The notes under the pieces are model-generated. The model did not search any database. It was given only the letters and a program-made list of their open reading frames with translations, and was not told the origin of the DNA. DNA of 64,000 nt from Candidatus Dojkabacteria bacterium. Its GTDB lineage: Bacteria > Patescibacteriota > Dojkabacteria > SC72. The number at the start of each line of letters is the position of its first letter. Positions within the stretch are counted from its first letter, which is position 1. The translations under genes were made by a program, and so were the position numbers. The stretch lies in contig JAXGOY010000002.1 in NCBI GenBank assembly GCA_040767225.1, positions 17,410 through 81,409 of the forward strand, read 5' to 3'. This document shows, piece after piece, positions 9,856-20,800 of this stretch.

Positions 9856-10299
9856 TTACACCATATATTTTCTTTTTTCAAGTAGCAACTCCCTCTCCAT
9901 ATCCCTTTTCTTCTCTTCTTGCCTCTTCTCATGTACTTTCTTTCCTTTTGCTAACCCTACTTCAACCTTAAATATATTTCCTTTTAAATATATCCTTAAA
10001 GGAACTAAAGTAAGATTCCCCTGTTTCATTTTACTCTGTAAGTATATCAATTCCTTCTTTTTTATCAATAACTTCCTAGACCTTGTAGAATCATAATCTG
10101 AAGAACCATCATATTTGTATTGTGCTATATCAGCATTAATAAGCCAAAGCTGTCCATTTAAAATCTTTACATACGAATCCTTTAAATTACACCTTCCACC
10201 TCTTAAAGATTTAACCTCTGCACCTGTTAATACGACTCCTGCTTCAAATCTCTCTAATATCTGATAATTATGAAGTGCTTTTTTATTTACAATATTCAT
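9856..10299 (-). CDS. smpB: SsrA-binding protein
   Basis: NKKALHNY..EAGVVLTGAEVKSLR..RSRKLL..GLAKGKK; ATG at 10299 preferred over TTG at 10305 because of -10 position. Confidence 0.96.
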   Translation of the reverse strand: MNIVNKKALHNYQILERFEAGVVLTGAEVKSLRGGRCNLKDSYVKILNGQLWLINADIAQYKYDGSSDYDSTRSRKLLIKKKELIYLQSKMKQGNLTLVPLRIYLKGNIFKVEVGLAKGKKVHEKRQEEKKRDMERELLLEKRKYMV

Positions 10300-10304
10300 C
10301 TTCA

Positions 10305-10313
10305 ATTATACCA
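10305..10313 (-). promoter_or_regulatory. Extended -10 (TGGTATAAT) 5 nt upstream of smpB ATG
   Basis: Reverse complement TGGTATAAT-TGAAG-ATG; no SD. Confidence 0.7.
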
Positions 10314-12611
10314 TTACAGCTTCACTTTCCATATTGTTGTATCATCAAGAATGTACGCGTTGTTCTCATCGAAATCAGCAACAATATCTACTACTTTATT
10401 CCATGCCTTTTCATTATCATATACATACTGCCTGAGCAGCAGCATCTCATTAGGATGTCTTTTCTCCCCTGATTCCATAGGCTTTTCAAACATTAAAAGC
10501 CTCTTTTGACCACTATCAAAGAGAAACAAACTTTGATCAAGACTATCTCTTGTATGCCCACAAAGTGCATTTTTAATTGGAGAGTCCAACCCTGTTAACT
10601 TAACAGGTGATTCAACCATTCTTCCTCCACTATTTACATATCTATAAAATCCATTTTCCCCTTCTGCAGTAATATATATACTCATATCATCGGCAAATAC
10701 ATCATTTGCTTTTACATATTCTTCTTTCTCTAAATATGGAGAAACTAATGAATATCCCCCTTCATAGTTAATTGAACGAAGAAGAGCTTTCTGCCCCCTA
10801 TCTAAAATATATGCATTCTCATTTAGTGTTAACATTGCAAATTCAACTATATCCTCCCCTTTTATACTCTCAATACTTAATCCGCTTAGTTTAACAAACG
10901 GCTGGAATGACCCATCCTTATACTCCGACTTAAGAACTCCATTAGTTAAATCAAGAACAAATATGCTATCTGGTCTTGCATAAACCTTAAATGGTTTACT
11001 AACAACTTTATTATCATCGGGAATACTCTCTCTCTTATCATCATACAAAGATATTCTCAGTACAGACTTTGTTCCTAAATCCGCAATAATGAGAGATTCT
11101 ACAGCTCCACCTGGATTTCTAAATATTGCAATATCTTGAGGATTAGAATCAGGATTAGGAGTGGAAGTGTTATAGAATTTTTTAATAGTATCATCAGATT
11201 CAGATAACCTGACCCTTTTGTACAAAGAATCTTGAACACCCAAAACCTGTGCCTGTAACTCATTTAATTTTTTACTTTCATCCTCTTCCAACTCTACAGG
11301 AACATTCTTTAACTCTTCTGAAGCTTGAAATATAGAGACTTCTGCACTTTCCCTATTTGTACCAAGCTTTGACTGAGCATCATTTAAAAGTTTTTCAACT
11401 TTGGTAAATGCATCATTTGCTATTTTACTTCTCTCCCTTGCTTCTTTTTGATCTACAGTAAACTTTATACCACCAACTATCAAACAAACCCCAAGGAGTA
11501 TTAGAAGTAACTGCTTAACCCTTTTAGATCTTAGATTCTTTTCCTTGTATCCATCTATTTTAAATTCCTTAAACTCTGATGTTCTTTTTTTATGTAAACT
11601 ACTCTGAGAAACCTTGGCAGATATCTTTTTAAACCACCTTTCCTTTCCCAACTTGTTTGATATCTTACTCTTTGCACTTAAGCCAATATTCTTAACACCA
11701 TTAGCGACCTTCCTAGAAGTATCCTTTATAACCTGAAAAGATGCAGAAGATGCCTTAATTACTGCATTCTTTGCAGGTTCAAGTTTTTTTGATACTTTTG
11801 AAAAGACCTCTTTTAAGTCTTGCTCATGTACCGTAGGTTTAAATACCTTTTTGCTTGCCCTAGAAGTTGGTATATAGTCGGTGTCCAAGGGTTCTTGTTT
11901 TAAATTGGGTTGTAATCTTCTCTTTGGTTTAATAACTTTTTCTTTCTGTGCACTCTCTTCCTTCTTAGATTTTTCTTCAACTCTTTCTTTTGAAAAAATA
12001 ACAATACCCATATCCTCTCCTATTTCTCTTCCCAAATCTTCTAATACAGATTTAATCTCATTCCTACTTTTAGAAGAAATAAGCTTAAGGAGGTTGTCTT
12101 TCAAATACCCTTGAGATGATGCAAATACCAAGTCCTCTTTATCCATAGCAACAGCTGCTGTTTTTGCACCTTTGCTCTTAAGCATTTCTGATATATCTAC
12201 CAGTTTCCCCTGTTTGTATATATAGATATCACTATCTCCAAAGACACCAATATACATACCTTCATCAGTAGACACAAAAACAGTAAAATTAACATTAACT
12301 CCATGTTCCCCTATATTTTTATCATTCATAATCAGCTGCTTTACCCTATTTGCAGCTTCACTAAGTCCTGATTTAAGAGATTCGTTTATAGACACAGTTT
12401 TAGAATATTCAAAACCGTCTACTAGCCCATCCCATGCAAATTTTAATATCTGATCCCCTGGTATATCTATATCACTAGATGCAGAAAAAAAACCATATAC
12501 ATCAAAAACAGAACCATTCCCTCCACGAGGCAAGCTTTTATAATTAAACATTGATATGTATGACTTCTTTGATTCTGAATTTTTTATATATTTTGATGCA
12601 CTAATAGGCAT
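10314..12611 (-). CDS. Large membrane-anchored hypothetical protein (PP2C-like N-domain, TM helix, probable beta-propeller C-domain)
   Basis: 765 aa; MYIGVFGDSDIYIYKQGKL resembles PP2C fold; central TM; repeated beta-strand motifs (IFVLD, AYILD, LFLFD). Confidence 0.6.
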   Translation of the reverse strand: MPISASKYIKNSESKKSYISMFNYKSLPRGGNGSVFDVYGFFSASSDIDIPGDQILKFAWDGLVDGFEYSKTVSINESLKSGLSEAANRVKQLIMNDKNIGEHGVNVNFTVFVSTDEGMYIGVFGDSDIYIYKQGKLVDISEMLKSKGAKTAAVAMDKEDLVFASSQGYLKDNLLKLISSKSRNEIKSVLEDLGREIGEDMGIVIFSKERVEEKSKKEESAQKEKVIKPKRRLQPNLKQEPLDTDYIPTSRASKKVFKPTVHEQDLKEVFSKVSKKLEPAKNAVIKASSASFQVIKDTSRKVANGVKNIGLSAKSKISNKLGKERWFKKISAKVSQSSLHKKRTSEFKEFKIDGYKEKNLRSKRVKQLLLILLGVCLIVGGIKFTVDQKEARERSKIANDAFTKVEKLLNDAQSKLGTNRESAEVSIFQASEELKNVPVELEEDESKKLNELQAQVLGVQDSLYKRVRLSESDDTIKKFYNTSTPNPDSNPQDIAIFRNPGGAVESLIIADLGTKSVLRISLYDDKRESIPDDNKVVSKPFKVYARPDSIFVLDLTNGVLKSEYKDGSFQPFVKLSGLSIESIKGEDIVEFAMLTLNENAYILDRGQKALLRSINYEGGYSLVSPYLEKEEYVKANDVFADDMSIYITAEGENGFYRYVNSGGRMVESPVKLTGLDSPIKNALCGHTRDSLDQSLFLFDSGQKRLLMFEKPMESGEKRHPNEMLLLRQYVYDNEKAWNKVVDIVADFDENNAYILDDTTIWKVKL

Positions 12612-12614
12612 ATA

Positions 12615-12875
12615 TTATCCTAACACAATTATTATTATCCCCAATACCCCTATCACAAGAGAAACAACAAGATTGGCATATACAAGTACTTTTGCTTTAT
12701 CACTTTCTTCTAAATCAATAGTATCATGCAATATTCTAATTTTAAGAATAAGCATAAAAGAATAAAACATGCATACTGCAAGTATAATAATCAGTGGGAT
12801 TTTCAGAAGTATAACAAGACTTCCCATTTGTCCAAAATCAAATCCCAATACTTTGTCTAGAATAGTATTTCCCAT
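12615..12875 (-). CDS. Small 2-TM membrane protein (CPR DUF5657-like)
   Basis: Two hydrophobic helices; usual neighbour of CPR PH-domain genes. Confidence 0.55.
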   Translation of the reverse strand: MGNTILDKVLGFDFGQMGSLVILLKIPLIIILAVCMFYSFMLILKIRILHDTIDLEESDKAKVLVYANLVVSLVIGVLGIIIIVLG

Positions 12876-13513
12876 TATATTTTTCCTTTCTTTTTCATTT
12901 CAACTAAATCATTAATAATATCCTGCAGTTCTCTTGGTTTAGGTACCATTTTTAACCTAAAATCTATCTCATGTCCTGCAGTATCAACATCTAAATTTCC
13001 AATATCAAAAATATTCCCCCAAAAACCTGCAGTAGTATGTGTTACATCTTCAATATTTTTTAATTGAGCTTCAGAGTAAGAATGATAAAAAGCACTTTGA
13101 AGTTTAACAACAACAAATCTTCTGTCTGTGATAACAATAACTGAGTAAAACCATTTCAGAATAGCAGTAACAAGAACATTCAAGGCAATTAACACTCCTA
13201 GAACAAATAAACCTGTATAGAGTGCAGGAGATATTGAAGAACTAAATACAGAGGATATTATTGAAAGAAGTATAGGTAATAGTAGGAATAATAATACAAG
13301 AAGTAAATCAGGAAGATATGCAAGCCAATGCAGCCTTGTAAGAAGTATAACCTCTTTCTTTAGGTCCTTACCATAAAAATTTAATTTCTTAGGGAATACT
13401 TTAAACTCAGTACGAGTACCTTTTTTTTCTTCTTTAACTAATCTATCAATGAAAGAACTATCAACATTTTGGAACTTTTTAGGAATATTGCTCTTTCCCT
13501 TTTTCATATACAC
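12875..13513 (-). CDS. Bacterial PH-domain (bPH_2-like) membrane protein
   Basis: R.HW, two TM, W..VIVITDRRFV..NIEDVT...GFWGNIFDIGNLDVDTAG. Confidence 0.8.
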   Translation of the reverse strand: MYMKKGKSNIPKKFQNVDSSFIDRLVKEEKKGTRTEFKVFPKKLNFYGKDLKKEVILLTRLHWLAYLPDLLLVLLFLLLPILLSIISSVFSSSISPALYTGLFVLGVLIALNVLVTAILKWFYSVIVITDRRFVVVKLQSAFYHSYSEAQLKNIEDVTHTTAGFWGNIFDIGNLDVDTAGHEIDFRLKMVPKPRELQDIINDLVEMKKKGKI

Positions 13514-13549
13514 AAGGATATCATAAAAGTATATGAATTAGTAGTACTT

Positions 13550-15390
13550 TTATTTCATATGTATATTAATGTGAACAAATCCTGACTGTGGAATTCTAAG
13601 CCTCCCTGGTGCACGAAGATTAAAAACTGTTTTAAACTCATTTCCTGGAATAATAAATATACCTGCATTTGTGTAAAAAGTTACTGTATTTGTAGTACCA
13701 TTGCTGCTTGAAACTGCAACTGATGACATATAGAGGTAACAGGCTTAGCTGCTTTTGCCCTTGCTTCTGCATGGGTATACTGCCCAATGTTAGAATGACA
13801 GCCATCAACAACGGGATATATCCTTGAATCACCGTTCTTTCCTGCAGCTTTCCAAATCTGATATATATTTATGATATCCGCCATCTCTGCTTGTGTCATC
13901 CATGGTTTTCTACCACACTCTGTAGCACTATCAGAATACCAGTTACTTGTTTGACTCCCATACCATATCTTGTAAAACCAAGATACTCCTGAGATGCTAT
14001 CCCATGCCCTACTCATCCAATCCCCATTTCCAGTCTTATCTGTTGTATCCCAACCAGAAGTATTACTCCACCCTCCATGAACAGCAGCATACTGAGTTGA
14101 AAATGGTTTCCCTGAAGAATCAGTTAATACCATACCTCTTGTAGCTTCAACAGCCTGCTTCCATGCACCTGTCTTTTTCCCTTTTCCTACTACTTGACAA
14201 CTTTCAGATGTACAAATAGATTTTGCACCATTACTAGTATAGTTAACTGCATATGTTCTTGCAGCTATTGCTTGAGCTTTCAATACCTCCATAGGCCAGG
14301 ACTCTGGTACTTCATTTAATCTTAAAAGATAATCATCTTCAAAGTTCAATGTCCCATATGTAGTAGTTGAAATATTTGTCATAATGTTTTGCGTCTGACC
14401 ATTTATAACTACAGTACCTGTTCTTAAAACCTTTCCAGGATAATATGCCGAAAGTATCTGCTGATAGTTTTGCCCTGCATTAGCCCTAGCTTTAGCCCCC
14501 CATTGACTCATACCATTTCTATGTGTATATGCACCAATTGAAAACACACCAAAAGAACCTGCAGGAGCACTCTCCTTAAACCCTTGTAACGTTGTAATTC
14601 TCTCACCAGAAGCAGGAACAGCATTAGGATCTACATATGTCCCCCCTTGTCTTGTAACAAGCAATTGATACTGAAGGTCAGACAGCTCTGTTGTAAGACC
14701 ATTTATTGTCCTAGTTACCTTCCCTTTCTCTGCAATCTGTTTATTTAACTCTGCTTGTACCCTACTCTTTTCTTGTTTTATAAGGGCATATGAATCATCT
14801 AAATCCTTCTTTTGTTCATCTAACTCCTCTTTTTCTTTTTCCAAACTAGCCTTAATATCAACAAGACTTTGGAACTCCCCTGTAATCTTCTCTATTTCTT
14901 CTTTTAATGTAGTTATAGTACTCTTTTTCACAAACAAACTTCTTAAAACCTGATCTAAACTTGAAAAAGAAAACAGAAATTGTCCCTCGTTATACCTACT
15001 TCTCATATATAAATCACTTGAAACTATATCTAAACTCTCTTTCTTCTTACTTAATAATCTTTGTTTTTCATCAATACTTTTTAATTTCTCCTCTATCTCT
15101 CTATCCTTTTTAGATATTTCTGCCTGTAATTTTGATATCTCTGCATCAAGCAGGTTAATCTGTTCAGACAATGTATAATTACTGCTACTTATCTCTTTTA
15201 TTCTCTTCTCTATCTCAGATAAATATGTTTTCTGTTTATTTAATTCCTCTTCTTTTTGGTTAATAACCTGTTCAAGTTCTTGTGCTGTTTGAGAATATAT
15301 TGGAGTACTAACAAGAAAGAATAAAATAGATGTAAGGAATACAGCAATCAATAAAATGATATATTTTGGAGCAGTTTTGTTCTGAGACAT
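13550..15390 (-). CDS. SpoIID/LytB-domain peptidoglycan hydrolase with long coiled coil; one frameshift near 13727
   Basis: Signal peptide, coiled coil, HRNGMSQWGA, EVPESWPMEVLKAQAIAARTYA, ICTSESCQV. After VTSI a shifted frame continues SSVAVSSSNGTTNTVTFYTNAG..GNEFKTVFNLRAPGRLRIPQSGFVHINIHMK* to 13550. Confidence 0.82.
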
Positions 15391-15419
15391 TAACTTATTA
15401 TACCATCTTAGGCAGTCTT

Positions 15420-15761
15420 TTAAAGTGTAACCTCTCCTTTAGTAATGGTATCTACTACAATTGAAAGAAGCATCTTAATTAAATACAAAAATGCTAAACC
15501 AGCAATAGACCATGTAAGTGTACCTTGTGCTCTCTTCTTTTTGTCAGGTTCTCCACCAGAAGTCATCCAAAGGTATCCCCCATATATTGTCATACCAACA
15601 GCAGCAAGTACACCAATAGGAAAGATAAAAGAAATAATTTTGCTCAACGAATCAAGTAGTACCTCTAATCTAGGGGGTTCTCCTGGAGCAACTAGCCCAT
15701 CTTCCTGAGCAAAAACTGGGCTACTAAACAAAACACTTAGCATTTTCACAACAAGGTTCAT
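15420..15761 (-). CDS. TrbC/VirB2-like pilin (copy 6 in transcription order)
   Basis: Signal ending VFA; GGYLWMTSGGEPDKKKRAQGTLTWSIAGL. Confidence 0.82.
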   Translation of the reverse strand: MNLVVKMLSVLFSSPVFAQEDGLVAPGEPPRLEVLLDSLSKIISFIFPIGVLAAVGMTIYGGYLWMTSGGEPDKKKRAQGTLTWSIAGLAFLYLIKMLLSIVVDTITKGEVTL

Positions 15762-15800
15762 ACTGCTGTTTACTTAATATATGAATAAATTCTTAAAGAG

Positions 15801-16187
15801 TTAAGCTAAGAAAGTCATTAGCAAACTTTCTGCTGGTTGAACCCCTAAGAAATTCTTTAATACAAAGTTTACAAGTATAACAGCAATGAAACAAATTGCT
15901 AAACCAATCATAGCATTTGTTAGTGTTTTTGTAGCTTTCCCAACCTTCTGCTCATCACCACCTGCTGTCATATATGAATATCCTCCAACAATCAACATTA
16001 CAACACATATAACTGCAGCTGCACCAATCATCCAATTTAGAACATCAACAATTAAATCCTCACCAGTTTTGCTTGAACCTTGATTAAGCTTTGGAGAGAT
16101 GTCGTCCCAAAAAGATGCAAATGTTGCAATAGGAAAAGATAACAAAGTAACTCCTGATGCTAATACTTTTGACAACTTATTTTTCAT
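15801..16187 (-). CDS. TrbC/VirB2-like pilin (copy 5)
   Basis: Signal ending TFA; GGYSYMTAGGDEQKVGKATKTLTNAMIGL. Confidence 0.85.
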   Translation of the reverse strand: MKNKLSKVLASGVTLLSFPIATFASFWDDISPKLNQGSSKTGEDLIVDVLNWMIGAAAVICVVMLIVGGYSYMTAGGDEQKVGKATKTLTNAMIGLAICFIAVILVNFVLKNFLGVQPAESLLMTFLA

Positions 16188-16255
16188 ATATTAAGTATTA
16201 ATAAATAAATTAATTAAATTATTATAATATATCTTCTTAAAAAGAACAATTATCT

Positions 16256-16627
16256 TTATTTTGTATTAGTAACTAAAAAATTCTTTAATACAAAGTTTAC
16301 CAACATTACAGCTACAAAACAAATAACTAAACCAATAATAGCATTAGTCAATGTCTTTGTTGCTTTCTGTGTTTTCTCTTCATTACCACCTGAAGTCATG
16401 TATGTAAATCCTGCAACAATTAACATAACTACACATACAACAGCAGAACCACCAATTAACCAGTTTAATACCTTAACAATTAAATCCTCAAGTGTTCCAG
16501 GAGTAGAAAGCAAACTATCAAAGATTTCATCTACCCACCCCATAGGACTTTCAGCTAAAGCTAACATAGGCATAAAAAATAATGGAATTTCTGCTAAAGC
16601 AATTTTAACTGTTTTTACAATCTTCAT
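16256..16627 (-). CDS. TrbC/VirB2-like pilin (copy 4)
   Basis: Signal ending ALA; AGFTYMTSGGNEEKTQKATKTLTNAIIGL. Confidence 0.85.
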   Translation of the reverse strand: MKIVKTVKIALAEIPLFFMPMLALAESPMGWVDEIFDSLLSTPGTLEDLIVKVLNWLIGGSAVVCVVMLIVAGFTYMTSGGNEEKTQKATKTLTNAIIGLVICFVAVMLVNFVLKNFLVTNTK

Positions 16628-16633
16628 CGCAAA

Positions 16634-17067
16634 TTACACTATTAATTTAGATTCTTCTTTAAATAAATACATTATTACAGGAGTTGGTCCCCCTCCACCA
16701 CCAGGAGGTGGAGAAGACTCTGGTTTCAAAAAATTATCAAGAACAAAATTAACTAACACTACTGCAATAAAACAAATAACTAAACCAATAATTGCATTCG
16801 TCAATGTCTTTGATGCATCTTTTACTTTACTTTCATCCCCACCTGCAGTCATATATGAATACCCTCCAACAATAATCATTACAACGCATACTACTCCTGC
16901 AGCACCAATAATCCAATTTAAAATAGTAACAATAAAATCACTTAAATCCCCCCCTGTCCCTTCAAACCCATCTAAAATTTCCTTAACACTTAACTGTGCG
17001 AAAGCCAACGAAACAGAACTAAAAAGTAAAACTCCAATCGTAGTTATTTTTGATAAACTTTTTTCAC
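16634..17067 (-). CDS. TrbC/VirB2-like pilin (copy 3); probable GTG start at 17067 is out of frame by one base in an A6 tract
   Basis: GGYSYMTAGGDESKVKDASKTLTNAIIGL. One extra A gives MKKSLSKITTIGVLLFSSVSLAFA, matching paralog MKNKLSKVLASGVTLLSFPIATFA. Confidence 0.78.
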
Positions 17068-17084
17068 TTTTAAATATTTTTAAT

Positions 17085-17431
17085 TTATAAAAGAAATGTA
17101 TCTAATACAAATTTTATCAACATCCTAGCCAAAAATACAATACATAGTCCAATAATTAGCTGTTAAAATGTTGCCTACCTTTTTCACATTATCAGGATCA
17201 CCACCAGCAGTCATATATGTAATCCCTGCATAGATTATTAAGTCAACAGCAACAACCGCAGATGCTCCAACAAGGAAATTTAGCAAGTCGATAAATAAAA
17301 TCAACAATACCCTCAACAGAAGAAAACCTCTCATTAAAAGAAGGAAAATTTATCTCCCATCCCCCTAATACAATAGGAAGGAATATCCATTTTCCTTTAT
17401 CTTCTTTGTTTTTTAAATCTTTCTTTCTCAT
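17085..17431 (-). pseudogene. TrbC/VirB2-like pilin (copy 2) split by two frameshifts
   Basis: Three consecutive frames give MRKK..SSVEGIVDF / IDLLNFLVGASAVV..AGITYMTAGGDPDNVKK / IIGLCIVFLARMLIKFVLDTFLL*. Confidence 0.7.
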
Positions 17432-17442
17432 ATTATTATTTA

Positions 17443-17772
17443 TTATTCAGGTAAAAATAGATTCCCTATTAATAACAAAAGAGCCGCAGAAACTAAAATA
17501 AATACTAAACCAGTAATAGCATTCCCTATCTGCTCTCTTGCATCCTTAAGTTTATCAGGATTCCCCTGACTTGTTATCATTTTGTATGCAGCAAAAGCCA
17601 TAAGAAGTGCAGCTGCAAGAACACTAAGAGGTAGTGCGATATCGATTATATCCTGCATTATAGATTCTACATTTGTCTCCCCCGGATTACTCTTTTCAAT
17701 TCCACTAATAAGTTCTCCCACTTTCTCAGTAATCTGACTAGCATATATTTTAAAATTCTGTCTCATAAACAT
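17443..17772 (-). CDS. TrbC/VirB2-like pilin (copy 1)
   Basis: AAYKMITSQGNPDKLKDAREQIGNAITGL. Confidence 0.82.
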   Translation of the reverse strand: MFMRQNFKIYASQITEKVGELISGIEKSNPGETNVESIMQDIIDIALPLSVLAAALLMAFAAYKMITSQGNPDKLKDAREQIGNAITGLVFILVSAALLLLIGNLFLPE

Positions 17773-17808
17773 GCAATTATACTAAAAAATCTACAAATTA
17801 AAAACAAT

Positions 17809-20800
17809 TTATAATATAGCATCCTTACATATAGATCTAAAATCACAATATTTACACTTAAAACTGCTTGGAGTTGCAGTAAATTCTCTATCTTTAATCC
17901 TCCTTACTATCTCATACACACTCTCTTTTGCTTTTTCTCTTCTCTCTTCAGAAATATCCACTTCTATCTCTACACCCTCTTCTATAAATATATACTTTGC
18001 TCTTTTAACTTTTACACCAAGACTTTGCTCTGCGAAAATACAGTACAAAGGAAGCTGTAAATCATTCTTTATATCTGCCTCGTCTTTTAAATGACCTGTT
18101 TTATAATCAATTATTTCTACCTCTGGAATATCCCCTGCTTTTACCAAATCTATTCTATCAATCTTTCCAACAAAACTTCCCTCTGGAAGATGCACTGTAA
18201 ATGGCTGCTCCAACCTGTATGGGTTCTGCTCTGTACTAAAGAACTTTTTGTAATACTCTTTCATTGCTTTAATACCACTCTTTTTTCTATCCTCTTCATG
18301 CTTTTTATTTTCATATCCCTTACTTATCCAATTTTTATTAAAAATCTCTATTAACTCCCCCTCTGTTGGAGGGTTTGTAATTCCAAGTCCCTCTTTGTAT
18401 CTTTGAAGAAGGGTATAGAAATCTTTAAGGGTTTTATGAATGGTAGATCCAAAAGACAAAGATGCATGCGGCAGTGTTGGTATCTGCAAAACATATGCAT
18501 ACTCATACTTCTTAGGACAGTCAATATATGTATCTATTTGAGAATAACTAACCTTATCTCCCACTTCCATTTTTACATTTTCAGGAACAATGTTTTTAGT
18601 ATCTTCTTTATAAACATTTAAACCCTCATCTGATTTCGTAACCATTGGATTATTAAAATCTTCTGTAACATCTCTATCTAATATCTCATTTAGAAATATA
18701 CTCGGTTTCTTTTTTCTTTTAGCATTTCCATAAAAATTAGCAGCAGTAAGATATAGCTTTTCCTTAGCACGAGTTGCACCTACATAGAATAATCTTCTCT
18801 CTTCTGCTAAATGCTCTTCTCTTTCATCTAAGCCAGATAATGTCTCTTTTATAAGTGCCTGAGGAATTGGAATTGTGTCTCTCCTATTTTGGGAAGGGAA
18901 TCTGTCAGCTACCAGATTAACTAAAAATACAACAGGAAACTCCAAACCTTTTGCACTATGAACAGTTAAAACATTTACAGCATCATACTCACTTAAATCC
19001 ATCTGATCTACCAGAGGAGAATCGCCAACTTCTATACTATAGTTTAAGAAATCAACATACTCATATACATTTGAATCAGGATTAGCACGCTCATATTCTT
19101 TAATAGTATTAAAAAATCTCGCAAGATTATTTGCTTTAAACTCTGCTAACGGTCCTTTCTCTTCAAGAAGACTATTAATATACCCACTTTCATTTATAAA
19201 ATAAAGAAGAATTTCACCCACAGACTTTTTCTCTTTAATCATTTGAGCACATTTGTCATATATTGTTAAAAACCTTTTAATATTTTCTCTTGAATTTTCT
19301 GAAAAGATCTTTTTACCTAACTCGTTAACTATAAACTCCATACTGTTTCCTATACTTACCCCAAACATACCTTCAAGCTCTTCCAAAACTGACACATGGT
19401 CCTCCCTTGCAATTCTGTTAATCTCTAGAAATTCTCTTGTAGACAAACCCCACTCTTGCATAGAAAGAACCATATACATAGACACTTCATCTGTATAATC
19501 TGTTAGGGCTTTTAAAAAAGATATAAGAACCTTAATTTCCTCTCTAAAATACAAACCTCTTGAACCACCCAGATTATAAGGAACACCAAAATACCTTAAG
19601 TTTTGTACAATACTATCTGCATGAGCATTTGCTCTAACCAATATTGCAACATCAGAAAATTTGTATTTTCTATCAGGAACAAGTTCAAGAAATGCAGACT
19701 GACCACTTTCATTAAACTTTTGAGTACCTCTGACAGATGTCTCATCTGAATTCCCAGTCAATGATAATATCTCTTTTGCTATCCACTCTCCCTCTGCATC
19801 TTCACTCTCAGCAGTAATTAAATTAACAACATCATCATCAAAAGGAAATGACTCCATTGCAATTAACCTTTTATCAACCTTTTCAGTTACCTCTAACCTG
19901 TATGGATTATTATTCTTAATCAAGCCATATGCACTATCAAGTATCTTCTGATGAGATCTGTAATTCTCTGTTAAAACAATCTTTTTTGCCTTAGGATAAT
20001 ACTGCTTAAATTGCAGTATGTTTGAAATAGCTGCACCTCTAAATTTATAAATAGCTTGATCATCATCACCCACAACAGTTAAATTAGGATTTACCTTTCC
20101 TACTTTATCCATATCTTTTTTAGGATCTAACCCACTTAGTATATTTACTAGTACACTCTGGGAATAGTTAGTATCTTGAAACTCATCAACAAGAATATAT
20201 TTAAACTTCTCTTGGTATCTCTTTAATACATTAGGTTTTTCTCTAAAGAGCTTAATAGTAAGAAGTATTAAATCACCAAAATCAAGCATAGAGTTTTTCA
20301 TCTTAAGCTTTGTATACTCATCATATACTGTCGCAAGTTCTAAAGTGTCTTCATATTCTTCTTTTTCAACAGAATCCTTCTTTGAGAGAGCTCTTGCATA
20401 TTCCAAGTACTCTGCAGGAGAAACATCTTCATCTTGAAGTCTTGAAAAATGATCTAGTAGGTCACTTACAAACCTAGTAGGATTCCCATACGGTCTAAAT
20501 TTCTTTAGTGAGAGATCAAAGAGATGCTTTCTTAAAAATACATATGACTGGGCAGCAGACATTAGGATATAATCAGAATCTAAACCAATGTTATACCCCT
20601 CCTGCTTCAGTATCCTGTCACAGAAAGAATGAAATGTAGATATCCATACATCACCATACCCAATAGGCATACTCTCATCTACTCTTTGCAACATTTCATC
20701 AGCAGCCTTTTCAGTAAATGTAAGAGCAAGAATCTCATCAGGCTTAGCCCATTTACTATTAATAATATGAACTATTCTTTGTGTAATAACTGCAGTTTTC

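Noticed and set aside
16398-17090. 230-aa + strand ORF
   Set aside because: Antisense mirror of the hydrophobic pilin genes; no independent motifs
15420-17772. Repeated DNA blocks as a CRISPR array or DGR
   Set aside because: Repeats are in-frame conserved coding segments with irregular spacing; no cas or reverse transcriptase genes and no adenine-specific variation seen
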